A stretch of 64,000 nt of DNA from an uncultured Planctomycetales bacterium. GTDB taxonomy: Bacteria; Omnitrophota; Gorgyraeia; Gygaellales; Profunditerraquicolaceae. The stretch spans positions 5,742 through 69,741 of the forward strand of contig CAZJFL010000001.1 of assembly GCA_964545575.1 (NCBI GenBank). Reading direction: 5' to 3'. Of this stretch, positions 1 through 9,347 are shown piece after piece. Every line of letters starts with the position of its first letter. The first letter of the stretch is position 1. The position numbers and the translations under genes are program-made. Under the pieces are notes generated by a model that saw only the letters and a program-made list of their open reading frames with translations, was not told the origin of the DNA and made no database searches.

Positions 1-2154
1 CGCTACCCCTATCTGCACATCCGCTACCAACAGGACGGCAGCTTTAACTTTAGCCGGATATTTACCCCCAAGCCCGCCGTAGAGAATAAACAAAAGCCAA
101 GATTGTCTTTCTTTATCTATAAAATAAACCTGGTGGGGGGCAAATGCTTATGGGAAGACAAACACTTTACCCCTATTTCCAGCCACAATATCGCGGATTT
201 AAATATCGGGCTTCTGCTGGGGCCCTTGCCGAAGATATCTTTCCTCATACAGGGTAATATCCCCCGCCCGGACGGAACTTCTGGCAGACTTTCTCTTAAA
301 GGCGATTACCACGTTGCTTCCCGGGAAATGCATGCCCAGTTAAACCTGATTAACCTATCCTTGGAGGCGTTTGAACCCTACCTGAAAAACTTACCCTTTA
401 CCATTGCCGGCGGCAACATCGACAGCGCAGCACTAAGCCTGAATCTTAAAAATAAAATACTCACCCTGCAGGGTGTCGCCTTGACAAAAAACGTGCAGCT
501 TGTTAAGGATGAACTTACCTTAAGCGGCGATATTGTTGTTGAGCCGTCTTTTCAATACGCGCCAGATACGAAAGAACTGGATTATAAAATAAATTTTAAA
601 TTGCCGGGAGTAACCCTTGAAGGGATAAAATACATCGAAAAGATAACCCATGCCGTCGGAAGCCTGCAACTGACTAAAAACAGCCTGTCTACGGAAGGGA
701 TACAATTACAGACTTTAAGCTCCGATTTCCGGCTCAGCGGGAGCGTGGATTTTCAGGCGCCATACCTTAAGCTCCATTTTGAAAGCGCCGCGGCAAATTT
801 AGAGACAGTTTTTGCGCTTCTTTCTGCGCCCAAAGATTTAAAATTAACCGGCACGGCTGCGGTCAGGGTTGATGTGGAGGGAAACTTAAATATCGCTCCT
901 CTGGATAAAAAAGCGGTTTTTAATATCGCCGCCGCTACCTTTAAGACCTCCCTGCTTAAAGAGCCGCTGAATAACATTGCAGGGAAAATTATCCTCACCG
1001 AAAACGGCGCTGACTGGGCCGGGCTTGCTTTTAATTACCGCAATAGCGCCTACAGCTCCTCGGGAAAACTGTTAAACTTCAAAGAACCGCAATTAAATTT
1101 TGCCTTGAGTAGCAAAGATTTAGATTTAAAATCCGATCTTAAAATTAAAGACAAGGATATAAAAATAAACGCGCTGGAGGGAAAATACCTCAATTCTTAT
1201 TTTAATATCCTCGGCGATATCAATATACGTAACAGCAGCAATTCCCTGTTTAACTTAAGCACAAAGTTAAACTTAAGCCTCCCCGATACCTTCGCCGTAT
1301 TGCCGGCTAAAGTTTCGGGAAACCTGAAGAAAATGAAATTAGACGGCCGCCTCAATATCAACGGAACTTTAAGCGGAGAGGCTAATGATTACAAAAACTG
1401 GAAGATTTCCGCTAAAGCCGCCTCAGATTTAATCTCCGTCTATGGTTTAAAATTCAGCAACCTTGCTTTCGGTGTAGAGCAACAGCAAGAGACGCTGCAA
1501 CTGCTTAACTTTTCCGTCTCCCCTGCTTATTCCGGGATCATCAACCTGGCCTTCAGTGCCTCACTGAAAGGCGATAACCCCGGATATATCCTTAAATTCA
1601 GCGCCAACGACATAGACTTGTCAAAATTAAAATCCGATATCGGGCTCAAAGATAAAGATATAGCGGGGATAATCTATGTCGATGCGAATTTAAATGGGGA
1701 ATTCAGGAGCCTGGATACCTTAAAGGGCTCAGGCTTTATCTCGGTCAAAGACGGCAAGCTCTGGCAGATAAACCTCTTTAAAGGATTAGGCGAGCTATTC
1801 CTGCTTCCCGAATACCGGGGCATCGTATTCACCAAGGCAAACGGAGAATTCGAAGTGGAAAACAGATTAATTTCTACCGATGACCTGAAATTGGAAAGCT
1901 CGGAGCTGGTCCTGGACTGGTCGGGAAATATGGGATTTGACGGAGCCCTGGATTTTACTGTCTATACCAATGCCAATAAAAACGTGATCAAGGATTCTCC
2001 GGACTTAAGGAAATTCTTGACCGCGATAGTCGGGGAATTAAGCGGGGCGATTGCGATCAAGGTTAGCGGCACGATAAAGGAGCCAAAATTCCGCTTCATC
2101 CCCATGCCTTTAGACCTGCTCAAGAATATCAAGAATTTTATTTTAGGTAAGTAG
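1..2154 (+). CDS. AsmA-family outer-membrane assembly protein, C-terminal part; 5'-partial because the frame is open from nt 1 and the listed start at 103 is TTG
   Basis: Frame is open with no stop from position 1. The protein is long, repetitive, low in cysteine and rich in LxLxG/NL segments, as in the AsmA/YhdP C-terminal domain. It converges on and overlaps rdgB. Confidence 0.4.
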   Translation, partial: RYPYLHIRYQQDGSFNFSRIFTPKPAVENKQKPRLSFFIYKINLVGGKCLWEDKHFTPISSHNIADLNIGLLLGPLPKISFLIQGNIPRPDGTSGRLSLKGDYHVASREMHAQLNLINLSLEAFEPYLKNLPFTIAGGNIDSAALSLNLKNKILTLQGVALTKNVQLVKDELTLSGDIVVEPSFQYAPDTKELDYKINFKLPGVTLEGIKYIEKITHAVGSLQLTKNSLSTEGIQLQTLSSDFRLSGSVDFQAPYLKLHFESAAANLETVFALLSAPKDLKLTGTAAVRVDVEGNLNIAPLDKKAVFNIAAATFKTSLLKEPLNNIAGKIILTENGADWAGLAFNYRNSAYSSSGKLLNFKEPQLNFALSSKDLDLKSDLKIKDKDIKINALEGKYLNSYFNILGDINIRNSSNSLFNLSTKLNLSLPDTFAVLPAKVSGNLKKMKLDGRLNINGTLSGEANDYKNWKISAKAASDLISVYGLKFSNLAFGVEQQQETLQLLNFSVSPAYSGIINLAFSASLKGDNPGYILKFSANDIDLSKLKSDIGLKDKDIAGIIYVDANLNGEFRSLDTLKGSGFISVKDGKLWQINLFKGLGELFLLPEYRGIVFTKANGEFEVENRLISTDDLKLESSELVLDWSGNMGFDGALDFTVYTNANKNVIKDSPDLRKFLTAIVGELSGAIAIKVSGTIKEPKFRFIPMPLDLLKNIKNFILGK

Positions 2155-2740
2155 CCAGGAGCGCCTTTGCCTTTTTGAGGGCGCGGAAACGATGGCTGAT
2201 TTTGTGTTTTATCCGCGGCCCAAGTTCGGCAAAGGTCTTTTTATATTTGGGGACGATGAATAAAGGGTCGTAGCCGAAACCATAGTGTCCCTGCATTTTA
2301 AAACCGATACGCCCGGAGCACCTGCCTTCTACCACCCCGAGCAATCCATTTTTACCGGCCACAGCTACAGCACAGACATAATAAGCGTTTCTTTTGCTTA
2401 GGGGGACGACCTTGCTTAAAATTTTTAAAAGTTTAAGGTTATTTTTTTGATCGCTCTTGCCTTTGCCCGAGAAACGCGAAGAATAAATCCCGGGCTCACC
2501 CCCTAAGGCATCCACGCAAAGGCCGGAATCTTCTCCCAAGGTGAGTTTTCCGCTGGCGCGGGCTAAGGTGAGCGCTTTTTTGACCGCGTTTTCCTTAAAG
2601 GTCATGCCGTTTTCGATGATGCGCGGGCTAGGCGCGTAATCGGCAAGCGAAGTGATCTTTAAGCCGAGGCCCTTTAAGATCTCTTTTATCTCCCGGAGTT
2701 TCTTTTTGTTTTTAGTGGCGACTAATAATTCCTGCTTCAT
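2138..2740 (-). CDS. rdgB: dITP/XTP pyrophosphatase (Ham1/RdgB family)
   Basis: 200 aa. The N-terminal [14 protein letters not shown] and the hallmark GFGYDPLF motif are present. Confidence 0.85.
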   Translation of the reverse strand: MKQELLVATKNKKKLREIKEILKGLGLKITSLADYAPSPRIIENGMTFKENAVKKALTLARASGKLTLGEDSGLCVDALGGEPGIYSSRFSGKGKSDQKNNLKLLKILSKVVPLSKRNAYYVCAVAVAGKNGLLGVVEGRCSGRIGFKMQGHYGFGYDPLFIVPKYKKTFAELGPRIKHKISHRFRALKKAKALLATYLK

Positions 2741-3450
2741 AAAATATCTTTTAGGCAGGCCCTCTGGATATCGATCAGCTCGGCGATACCTTTCCTGGCT
2801 AAGGCGAGCAGCTCATCCATCTGTTTTTTATGGAAGGTTTTTCTCTCGGCAGTGCCCTGGATTTCGATAAATTCTCCTTTTCCGGTCATCACAATATTCA
2901 TATCCACGTCGGCCCGGTAATCTTCCTCGTAGGCCAGGTCAAGAATCAATTCTAAGCCAAGAATACCGACGCTGGTAGCGGCGACAAAATCTTTTACCGG
3001 AATCCTTTTGATCAAGCCTGTCCCTTTTAATTTATTCAGCGCATCGACCAGAGCGATAAAACTTCCGGTAATGGCTGCGGTGCGCGTGCCGCCGTCTCCC
3101 TGGATTACGTCGCAGTCAATCCAGATGGTGCGCTCCCCTATTTCTTTTGTCTCGGTCACCGCGCGCAGCGAACGGCCTATCAGCCGCTGGATTTCGTAAG
3201 TCCGTCCGGAATCTTTATTGCGCGGGATACGGGTCTTACAGGAACGCGGCAGCATCCCGTATTCTGCGGTTACCCAGCCGGCGCCTGAGTTTCTTAAGAA
3301 TGGCGGCACCGATTCTTCTACCGATGCGCTACAGACAACCTTAGTATTTCCCAATTCAATCAGGCAGGAACCTTCGGCGTATTTAAGGTAATCGCGCGTA
3401 ATTTTTACTTTTCTTAACTGGTCTGAGTTTCTGCCGTCACTTCTTGTCAT
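2737..3450 (-). CDS. rph: ribonuclease PH
   Basis: 237 aa. It begins RxDGRxxDQLR and has the typical RNase PH length and motifs. It overlaps its neighbours by 4 nt, which suggests an operon. Confidence 0.85.
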   Translation of the reverse strand: MTRSDGRNSDQLRKVKITRDYLKYAEGSCLIELGNTKVVCSASVEESVPPFLRNSGAGWVTAEYGMLPRSCKTRIPRNKDSGRTYEIQRLIGRSLRAVTETKEIGERTIWIDCDVIQGDGGTRTAAITGSFIALVDALNKLKGTGLIKRIPVKDFVAATSVGILGLELILDLAYEEDYRADVDMNIVMTGKGEFIEIQGTAERKTFHKKQMDELLALARKGIAELIDIQRACLKDIL

Positions 3451-3928
3451 AAATATTTCCTCCCTTAACGTCGATTCCGACTATTAACGGAAAATCCTTA
3501 ACCTCTAATTTATAAATCGCCTCCGGGCCTAAATCTTTATAGGCAACCGGCTTTGCCTTTTTTACATACTTTGCCAATAAAGCGCCGCAGCCGGCATAAA
3601 TCAAGAAATATACCCCGCCGTATTTTTTTATCGCCCGGATAGCTTCGGGGGAACGATTGCCTTTACCGATCATCCCCCTTAGGCCTGCCTTCATCAGTAT
3701 GGGCGTAAATTCATCCATGCGCGCGCTGGTCGTCGGGCCGCAGGAACCGATAATCTTGCCTTTAGGCGTCTGAGTCGGGCCGCAATAATAGATCACCGCG
3801 CCTTTTAAGTCTATGGGGAGCCTCTGGCCTTTTTTGATTGCCTCGACTAATCTTTTATGCGCCTGGTCGCGAGCAGTATAAATTGTGCCGCTAAAAAAAA
3901 GTCTATCTCCTGCTTTTAAATTTTGCAT
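3437..3928 (-). CDS. class I fumarate hydratase / Fe-S hydro-lyase (tartrate/fumarate subfamily) beta subunit
   Basis: 163 aa. The CGPT ... [12 protein letters not shown] motifs of the Fe-S hydro-lyase beta subunit are present, directly downstream of the alpha subunit. Confidence 0.75.
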   Translation of the reverse strand: MQNLKAGDRLFFSGTIYTARDQAHKRLVEAIKKGQRLPIDLKGAVIYYCGPTQTPKGKIIGSCGPTTSARMDEFTPILMKAGLRGMIGKGNRSPEAIRAIKKYGGVYFLIYAGCGALLAKYVKKAKPVAYKDLGPEAIYKLEVKDFPLIVGIDVKGGNIYDKK

Positions 3929-3936
3929 TTTTAATT

Positions 3937-4779
3937 TTAAATTTCGGAAGTAGCGCTGCGCAAGGCATGACAGCTAATATTAACAGCTACCGGCAGCCCG
4001 GCGATATGCGTAGAGTGAGTCATGATATTTACCGCCAGGCAGGTACTCTTTCCGCCTAAGCCCATCGGGCCGATGTTTAGTTTATTAATCTCGTTTGATA
4101 AATCACGCTCTAACTTACGAATGCCGGATAACCGGATAACCGGATAACCGGATAACCGGCGCAAGAGCGCCTTCTTCGCCAATAAACAGGCATAATCCGC
4201 TGTCCCCCCTATCCCTACGCCGACCACATACGGCGGGCAGGCATCCGGCCCGGCTGCTTTGACTGTATCAATGATAAATTTTTTGACCTCGGATAAGTCA
4301 GCCGTAGGCTTAAACATCTTAAGCTGAGCTTTATTCTCGCAGCCAAAACCTTTGGGCAAAACAACGAGCTTTAATTTATTGCCCGGCACAATATCGATGT
4401 GTATTACCGCCGGGCCGTATCCGGATTTACCTCTTGATAACGGATCTTTGACCACCGAATTTCTGAAAAAACCTTTTCTGTAACCTGCCTCCACTCCCTT
4501 ATTGACCGCGCCTTTCAAATCCCCGGCAACTTTTACATTACTGCCTATCTCTACGAAAACGCAAGGCATGCCGGTATCCTGGCAGATAGCCAGCTTTTCC
4601 TTGCGCGCTACGGCGGCATTCTCAATAATCGCCTGCAGTATATTTTTTGCCCTTTTATTTTTTTCTTTACGCAAAGATATCTTTAATACCCTAAGGACGT
4701 CTTTTCTTAAATCCAGATTTGCCCTTATACACAAATCTCTTACTGTATTTCTGATTTTTTCTGCGGATATAGTTCTCAT
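3937..4779 (-). CDS. class I fumarate hydratase / Fe-S hydro-lyase alpha subunit
   Basis: 280 aa with the CQDTGMPCVFVEIG motif of the class I fumarase / L(+)-tartrate dehydratase alpha subunit. It contains an in-frame octamer repeat, listed separately. Confidence 0.75.
   Translation of the reverse strand: MRTISAEKIRNTVRDLCIRANLDLRKDVLRVLKISLRKEKNKRAKNILQAIIENAAVARKEKLAICQDTGMPCVFVEIGSNVKVAGDLKGAVNKGVEAGYRKGFFRNSVVKDPLSRGKSGYGPAVIHIDIVPGNKLKLVVLPKGFGCENKAQLKMFKPTADLSEVKKFIIDTVKAAGPDACPPYVVGVGIGGTADYACLLAKKALLRRLSGYPVIRLSGIRKLERDLSNEINKLNIGPMGLGGKSTCLAVNIMTHSTHIAGLPVAVNISCHALRSATSEI
4124..4159. repeat. (CCGGATAA)x4.5 perfect tandem octamer microsatellite inside the fumarase alpha CDS, encoding RLSGYPVIRLSG
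   Basis: Four perfect 8-nt units plus a CCGG half unit, read directly from the sequence. The 36-nt tract is in frame. Confidence 0.9.
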
Positions 4780-5165
4780 CTCTTATATTCGCGGGTAACG
4801 GTGGTGGTGATGCCTCCGCGGGGGTTAAAGACGCCGATAATTCTCACCCGGCGCGGCTTAGCCGCCCTGACGAAATCCTCCAGCATCTTGTTAATCAGGT
4901 GCTCGTGGAATATGCCGATGTTGCGGAAAAATATAGTGTACATCTTAAAAGACTTTAGCTCAATGCAATATTTAGCCGGGGAATATTCTATTGTTATCGC
5001 GGCAAAATCCGGCAGCCCGGTCTTCGGGCAGATACAGGTGAACTCCGGGATTTCCAAGGTGATATTATATATTTTATCGGGATACTGATTTAGCCAGACG
5101 TCAATTACGGGCGTCTTTAAGCTACGGACTTTTCTCTGCAGGCCCTCGTAGCCGGATTTTTTCAT
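4776..5165 (-). CDS. queF: NADPH-dependent 7-cyano-7-deazaguanine (preQ0) reductase, unimodular type
   Basis: 129 aa. It carries the QueF signature E(L)KS(F)K(M)Y and a catalytic Cys in CPKTG. Confidence 0.8.
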   Translation of the reverse strand: MKKSGYEGLQRKVRSLKTPVIDVWLNQYPDKIYNITLEIPEFTCICPKTGLPDFAAITIEYSPAKYCIELKSFKMYTIFFRNIGIFHEHLINKMLEDFVRAAKPRRVRIIGVFNPRGGITTTVTREYKR

Positions 5166-5833
5166 CTTAGCCCCGCTATTTTATGCACCTGCGGTATCAC
5201 GCAGGCGGTGACGCTGTTATTCCCGGAAATATCCCTATAATCCGCTAATTTCTTTCTTAGCGTAACGCTATCTTCCTGGGCGTTGGGCTGTAAAACCAGG
5301 ACTGCTGCCCGATGCACTTCCCTGATCAGGCCCAAAGCATGGTGCAAATCTTTTTCTTGCGTGGAATGGCAGATGACGATTTTTAAAAATACTTCTTTTC
5401 TGGAGGCGACCTTTAGGAACCTGCGGTGGGCATCCCAGAAACCCTGCATTTGCGTGGAGCTGGGAAGCTTCAGGTCCATCGCTACAATGTCTAAGAAATC
5501 TATCACTTCTTCCAGCTCCTCTGCCAGCGTGCCGTTAGTCTCCAGGTAATTGGTAAATTTATGCTTCTGCGTCAACTTAGCAGCCTCCCTCAGGAAATCT
5601 TTCTGTAAGAGCGGCTCCCCACCGGTAAAAGCTACGGAATGATACCTCTCTTTATACTGCTTAAGCTCTCTTAATAAATCCTCCGGTTCGTATTCGTCAA
5701 ATTTGTCTAACCTGGTATCGCAAAACTTACACTTTAAGTTACATCCGAAAAAACGCACAAACAACTGCCTCTCGCCCAGATAAAGGCCTTCTCCCTGGAT
5801 ACTTTCAAAAACCTCGGCGATTTTACCTTTCAT
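5162..5833 (-). CDS. queE: 7-carboxy-7-deazaguanine synthase (radical SAM)
   Basis: MKGKIAEVFESIQGEGLYLG ... CNLKCKFCDT is present. The ORF track starts at an upstream TTG at 5863, but the ATG at 5833 is preceded by GGAGA and matches the QueE N-terminus. Confidence 0.8.
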   Translation of the reverse strand: MKGKIAEVFESIQGEGLYLGERQLFVRFFGCNLKCKFCDTRLDKFDEYEPEDLLRELKQYKERYHSVAFTGGEPLLQKDFLREAAKLTQKHKFTNYLETNGTLAEELEEVIDFLDIVAMDLKLPSSTQMQGFWDAHRRFLKVASRKEVFLKIVICHSTQEKDLHHALGLIREVHRAAVLVLQPNAQEDSVTLRKKLADYRDISGNNSVTACVIPQVHKIAGLR

Positions 5834-5940
5834 CTTCACGTCTCCATCCGGAGAGACACCCAAACCTATCGGATGGTTTGGTGCCCCGCTTTCTGCGGGG
5901 ACACTTCTCCGATTAGCTTAAGAAACGTCCCTCGATTAGG
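5834..5940 (-). promoter_or_regulatory. Structured 107-nt intercistronic leader between queC and queE; it does not match any riboswitch I could recall
   Basis: The minus-strand RNA contains a CCCCGC-AGAAA-GCGGGG hairpin and a CACCAAACC ... GGUUUGGGUG stem. A UCUCC-GGAU-GGAGA hairpin includes the queE Shine-Dalgarno sequence. Confidence 0.3.
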
Positions 5941-6603
5941 TCAAGAAGTGTCCCTAAAAATGGGGTCTGGGATGCCTAATTCCCTGAATCCTTTGGCGCG
6001 ATAATAACAACTGTCGCATTTTCCGCAAGGGCGCCTGCCGCCCCGATAGCATGACCAGGTCAACTCAAAAGGTACACAGAGGCGCAGGCCTTCCCGGATA
6101 ATCTCGGACTTTCTCTTATTGATCAAGGGAGTAAATATTTTTATCTCTTTCCCCTCCACCCCTGACTTTGTCCCCACCTTGCTCATTCTTTCGAAGGCGC
6201 GGAAAAATTCCCGCCGGCAATCGGGATAACCCGAATAATCCTGGGCGTGCGCTCCGATAAAGACCGCGCTTGCCTCTAGCGTCTCGGCAAAAGAAAGCGC
6301 AAAACTTAAAAATATAATATTGCGCGCCGGCACATAAGTGGCCGGGATACTTCCGATAGCGTGTTTAGACAGCCCCAAATGCTTATCCAGGAGAGCCGAC
6401 CTCTTATGGGTTAAATCTATTTTTAAGACTTTAAAACGGCATCCTGCTGCCTGCGCAATTTTTCTTGCCGCAGCTATTTCCCGGCGGTGGCGCTGGCCGT
6501 AATCAAAGACGAAGCATAAGGGTTTGTAACCTTTATCTTTAGCGATGTATAAAGTAACCGCGGAATCCAGGCCCCCGGATAATAACACCACCGCTTTTCT
6601 CAT
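5941..6603 (-). CDS. queC: 7-cyano-7-deazaguanine synthase
   Basis: 220 aa. It has the SGGLDS PP-loop and the C-terminal CGKCDSC zinc motif. Confidence 0.85.
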   Translation of the reverse strand: MRKAVVLLSGGLDSAVTLYIAKDKGYKPLCFVFDYGQRHRREIAAARKIAQAAGCRFKVLKIDLTHKRSALLDKHLGLSKHAIGSIPATYVPARNIIFLSFALSFAETLEASAVFIGAHAQDYSGYPDCRREFFRAFERMSKVGTKSGVEGKEIKIFTPLINKRKSEIIREGLRLCVPFELTWSCYRGGRRPCGKCDSCYYRAKGFRELGIPDPIFRDTS

Positions 6604-6956
6604 TCTTCATACCCGGCGCGGCAATTCTGGCTCTCCCACACTGTCACGGACTTCAGGCCTTTTAATTTTAGGGCTAAATTATCGTATATAAATTTAGCGA
6701 TGTTTTCCGAAGTGGGGTTTACTCTCTTAAAATACGGCAGTTTATTCAAATATTTATGGTCCAGCTTTTCTAAAATTTTATTCAACCGCGCCTTTAATAA
6801 TTTAAAATCCGTAAGCATCCCGCTTTTATCCAATTTATCTCCGGCGAGCTCTACTTCCACCTTCCAGTTATGGCCATGCAGGCTCTCGCACTTGCCTTTG
6901 TAACCTCTTAAGTTGTGCGCCGAACTAAAATGCCCCTCTACCTTGATCTTATACAT
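6600..6956 (-). CDS. queD: 6-carboxy-5,6,7,8-tetrahydropterin synthase
   Basis: 118 aa with HFSSAH ... CESLHGHNW motifs. It overlaps queC by 4 nt. Confidence 0.85.
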   Translation of the reverse strand: MYKIKVEGHFSSAHNLRGYKGKCESLHGHNWKVEVELAGDKLDKSGMLTDFKLLKARLNKILEKLDHKYLNKLPYFKRVNPTSENIAKFIYDNLALKLKGLKSVTVWESQNCRAGYEE

Positions 6957-7743
6957 TGTTCACCTTGCGCGCGTCTTTAATCGGCCGGCCCAAAAATCTC
7001 TTTGCCAGGCCGCTGAACCATTCCGGGTTATCGCTGACGTAAAAATGCTGCCTGCCCCTGCCGCCTTTATTCAACATGCCGGCATGAGCTAAAATCTCTT
7101 TTACCTCCATCGCCACCTGTTTTGCGGAATCTATCAATCTGATTTCTTTTCCTAAGACTTTCCTGATCGTATCTTTGAGCAAAGGGTAATGCGTGCAGCC
7201 CAAAATGACCGTATCTACGCGCGCGCTTTTTAGCGGCTGAAGGTAAGTTTTTGCCACTTCCAAAACCACGCCCCCCTCCAGCCACCCTTCTTCCACAAAA
7301 GGCACAAACAAAGGACAGGCCACAGAGGTCACCGAAATTTTCGGGTCAAGCTGTTTGATTTCGATTTCGTAGGCGCGGCTTTTGATTGTCCCACGCGTTC
7401 CGATGATACCGATGCGTTTATTCTCTGTCGCATAAACCGCCTCTCTTACGCCAGGAGAGATCACGCCCACGATAGGAACCTTAAAATGATTCTTTATCGC
7501 AGGGAGTGCAAGGCTAGACGCAGTATTACAGGCAACACAGATAAGTTTAACGTCCTGCTTCAGCAAAAACAGGATATTCTCGATGGAAAAACGTATCACC
7601 GTATCACGGGACTTGATCCCGTAAGGCACGCGCGCGGTATCCCCGAAATAAACTATATCTTCATCCGGAAGCACGCGGATTAATTCTTTGACTACGGTCA
7701 GGCCTCCCACTCCGGAATCAAATACGCCGATGGGCTTTTTCAA
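6949..7743 (-). CDS. murI: glutamate racemase
   Basis: 264 aa with IGVFDSGVGGLTV and GCTHYP motifs. Confidence 0.85.
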   Translation of the reverse strand: MKKPIGVFDSGVGGLTVVKELIRVLPDEDIVYFGDTARVPYGIKSRDTVIRFSIENILFLLKQDVKLICVACNTASSLALPAIKNHFKVPIVGVISPGVREAVYATENKRIGIIGTRGTIKSRAYEIEIKQLDPKISVTSVACPLFVPFVEEGWLEGGVVLEVAKTYLQPLKSARVDTVILGCTHYPLLKDTIRKVLGKEIRLIDSAKQVAMEVKEILAHAGMLNKGGRGRQHFYVSDNPEWFSGLAKRFLGRPIKDARKVNNV

Positions 7744-8819
7744 TTCGCTGCCTCCGTTAAGGTATAATTCTTCACGTAATTCTCTATTCCGTGCACTATC
7801 GCCTCGGCTATCTGCTGGCGGTAATAATTGTCCTTTAACAGGTTTTCCTCTTCGGCATTAGAGAGAAAGCCCAGCTCTATTAATACCGCAGGCATACTGA
7901 CTTTTAAAACATAAAACCCCGCATCCTTTACCCCGAGGACGCGGGTATTCAGGTCGCGGTCTATCGCGCGGCAGATATCGCGGGATAATCTGACGGATTC
8001 GGCGTGGTTATAAGTGTAAAACATATCCCAGAGGATAGCCCTGAGGTTCGCCGAGCGGCCGGCAAAAGAACTGTTATCCAGGGAAGGCAGGCCGCTGTTA
8101 GCCGCCAGCAATACGCGCCGGTAATCATCCGCGCGGGGAGCCAGATAATATACTTCAAAGCCGCTTAAGCTCCTGACCCGGTTGGCATTGGAGTGGATGC
8201 TGATAAAAAGGTCTGCTTTCGCTTGATTAGCCAAATCAACCCTGCGCTCCAGGGAAACAAATACATCTGTGCTACGCGTCATCACTACGCTAAAACCGTC
8301 GTCCTTTAAAATTTTAGCCAGGCGCTTGGCAATATCCAGATTAATCACTTTTTCCCTTAAACCCGTCCTGCCGATGGCTCCGGGGTCATTGCCGCCGTGA
8401 CCGGCATCAATGACTATTTTCCTGATTATTGACGCCGACAAAGGAGTTTTAAGGTAATAGGATTCTTTGACAAAACTTTTCAGCGTCTCTTCTAATCTGT
8501 ACGGCACCACCACCGCACCTTCATAGATATCCACCGGGTGGTTTAAATGCTTGGGCTCTCCGTCAACTAAAATCGTCCTCTCGCCGACCATTAAACTTAT
8601 CTTGTGCCCGCCTTTAGTTAAAACTGCGCTGCGGGTTAGGGTATCGTATTCTAGCCCTACGCCGCTGGCCTGACAGAGAGAAGCTAAAGGCACATAGGCG
8701 ACGCCGTTTATACTGTAGGTGGGCAGGCTCGGGCCGCTGGGAACGGTGGCGCAGCTGGAGAAACTTAAAAGCAAAAGCGCACAGAGCAAAAATAGAAATG
8801 GGTTTTTAGGATAGGTCAT
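7740..8819 (-). CDS. N-acetylmuramoyl-L-alanine amidase (Amidase_3 family), lipoprotein
   Basis: The lipobox LSFSSC and the IDAGHGGNDPGA amidase_3 motif are present. It is the first gene of the long minus-strand operon. Confidence 0.75.
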   Translation of the reverse strand: MTYPKNPFLFLLCALLLLSFSSCATVPSGPSLPTYSINGVAYVPLASLCQASGVGLEYDTLTRSAVLTKGGHKISLMVGERTILVDGEPKHLNHPVDIYEGAVVVPYRLEETLKSFVKESYYLKTPLSASIIRKIVIDAGHGGNDPGAIGRTGLREKVINLDIAKRLAKILKDDGFSVVMTRSTDVFVSLERRVDLANQAKADLFISIHSNANRVRSLSGFEVYYLAPRADDYRRVLLAANSGLPSLDNSSFAGRSANLRAILWDMFYTYNHAESVRLSRDICRAIDRDLNTRVLGVKDAGFYVLKVSMPAVLIELGFLSNAEEENLLKDNYYRQQIAEAIVHGIENYVKNYTLTEAAN

Positions 8820-8834
8820 ATTATCGGTTTAGTT

Positions 8835-8856
8835 GGTGGCGCCACCATTTTTTTCT
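8835..8856 (+). terminator. GGTGGC/GCCACC hairpin plus T7 tract, intrinsic-terminator-like in the plus orientation; it overlaps a second AT palindrome, CCATTTTTTT ... AAAAAAATGG
   Basis: A perfect 6-bp GC stem is followed by TTTTTTT. It lies between the tmRNA 3' end and the start of the amidase operon. Confidence 0.4.
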
Positions 8857-8870
8857 TTGTCAGAAAAAAA

Positions 8871-9281
8871 TGGTGGAGGTGGGCGGAATTGAACCGCCGT
8901 CCTTAAGCAGTTAAGTAAAAGCCGCTACATGCTTAGTCTGTCTTTTAAACTTACTCCCGGAAACTTCGGCAGACAGAATTTTCCAGGCAGCAGCCTTTTA
9001 GAGTTTCGCTTGCGGCACCAAAGGCAAACACCGAAGCTAGCCTATTAGTGCTCTATTTCATCTCATAGGCAAGATGAATAGAGGCTTCGGTAATCTAGTT
9101 ACCGAAGACTGGTACGCAACCCGGTACCATTGGCATAGCCATTGCTGACTGCACCATTGGCCTAGGTGTTAACATTTGCATGTTTGCGTTTATATTGTGC
9201 AAGGATTGATAACGCGGCCCACCCTGCGTCCGCGGCATGCTGCTCTTACCCGACTGTCCTAAGTCGAGCCCTTTCACCCCC
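8871..9281 (-). ncRNA. ssrA: tmRNA (SsrA), about 411 nt, with CCA encoded
   Basis: The 5' GGGGGUGAAAGGGCUCGACUUAGGAC pairs with the 3' CACCUCC-ACCA, including a G3:U pair. The T-arm is GGCGG-UUCAAUU-CCGCC. The 3' region GACUAAGCAUGUAG ... GGACGGCGGUUCAAUUCCGCC is close to the E. coli 3' domain. smpB is adjacent. Confidence 0.8.
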
Positions 9282-9347
9282 GATTTTTCTGTAATTTTTC
9301 TTGCTGGAAAAATCGTCCTCTGTAATTTTTCTTATCGGAGGACAACA

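Noticed and set aside
5834-5940. Canonical preQ1-I riboswitch call
   Set aside because: I could not find the P1 hairpin plus A-rich tail pseudoknot consensus, so it is kept only as an unclassified structured leader.
9095-9277. 60-aa ORF on the minus strand
   Set aside because: It lies entirely inside the tmRNA gene. Its tail is the candidate tag-peptide frame, and it is not an independent protein gene.
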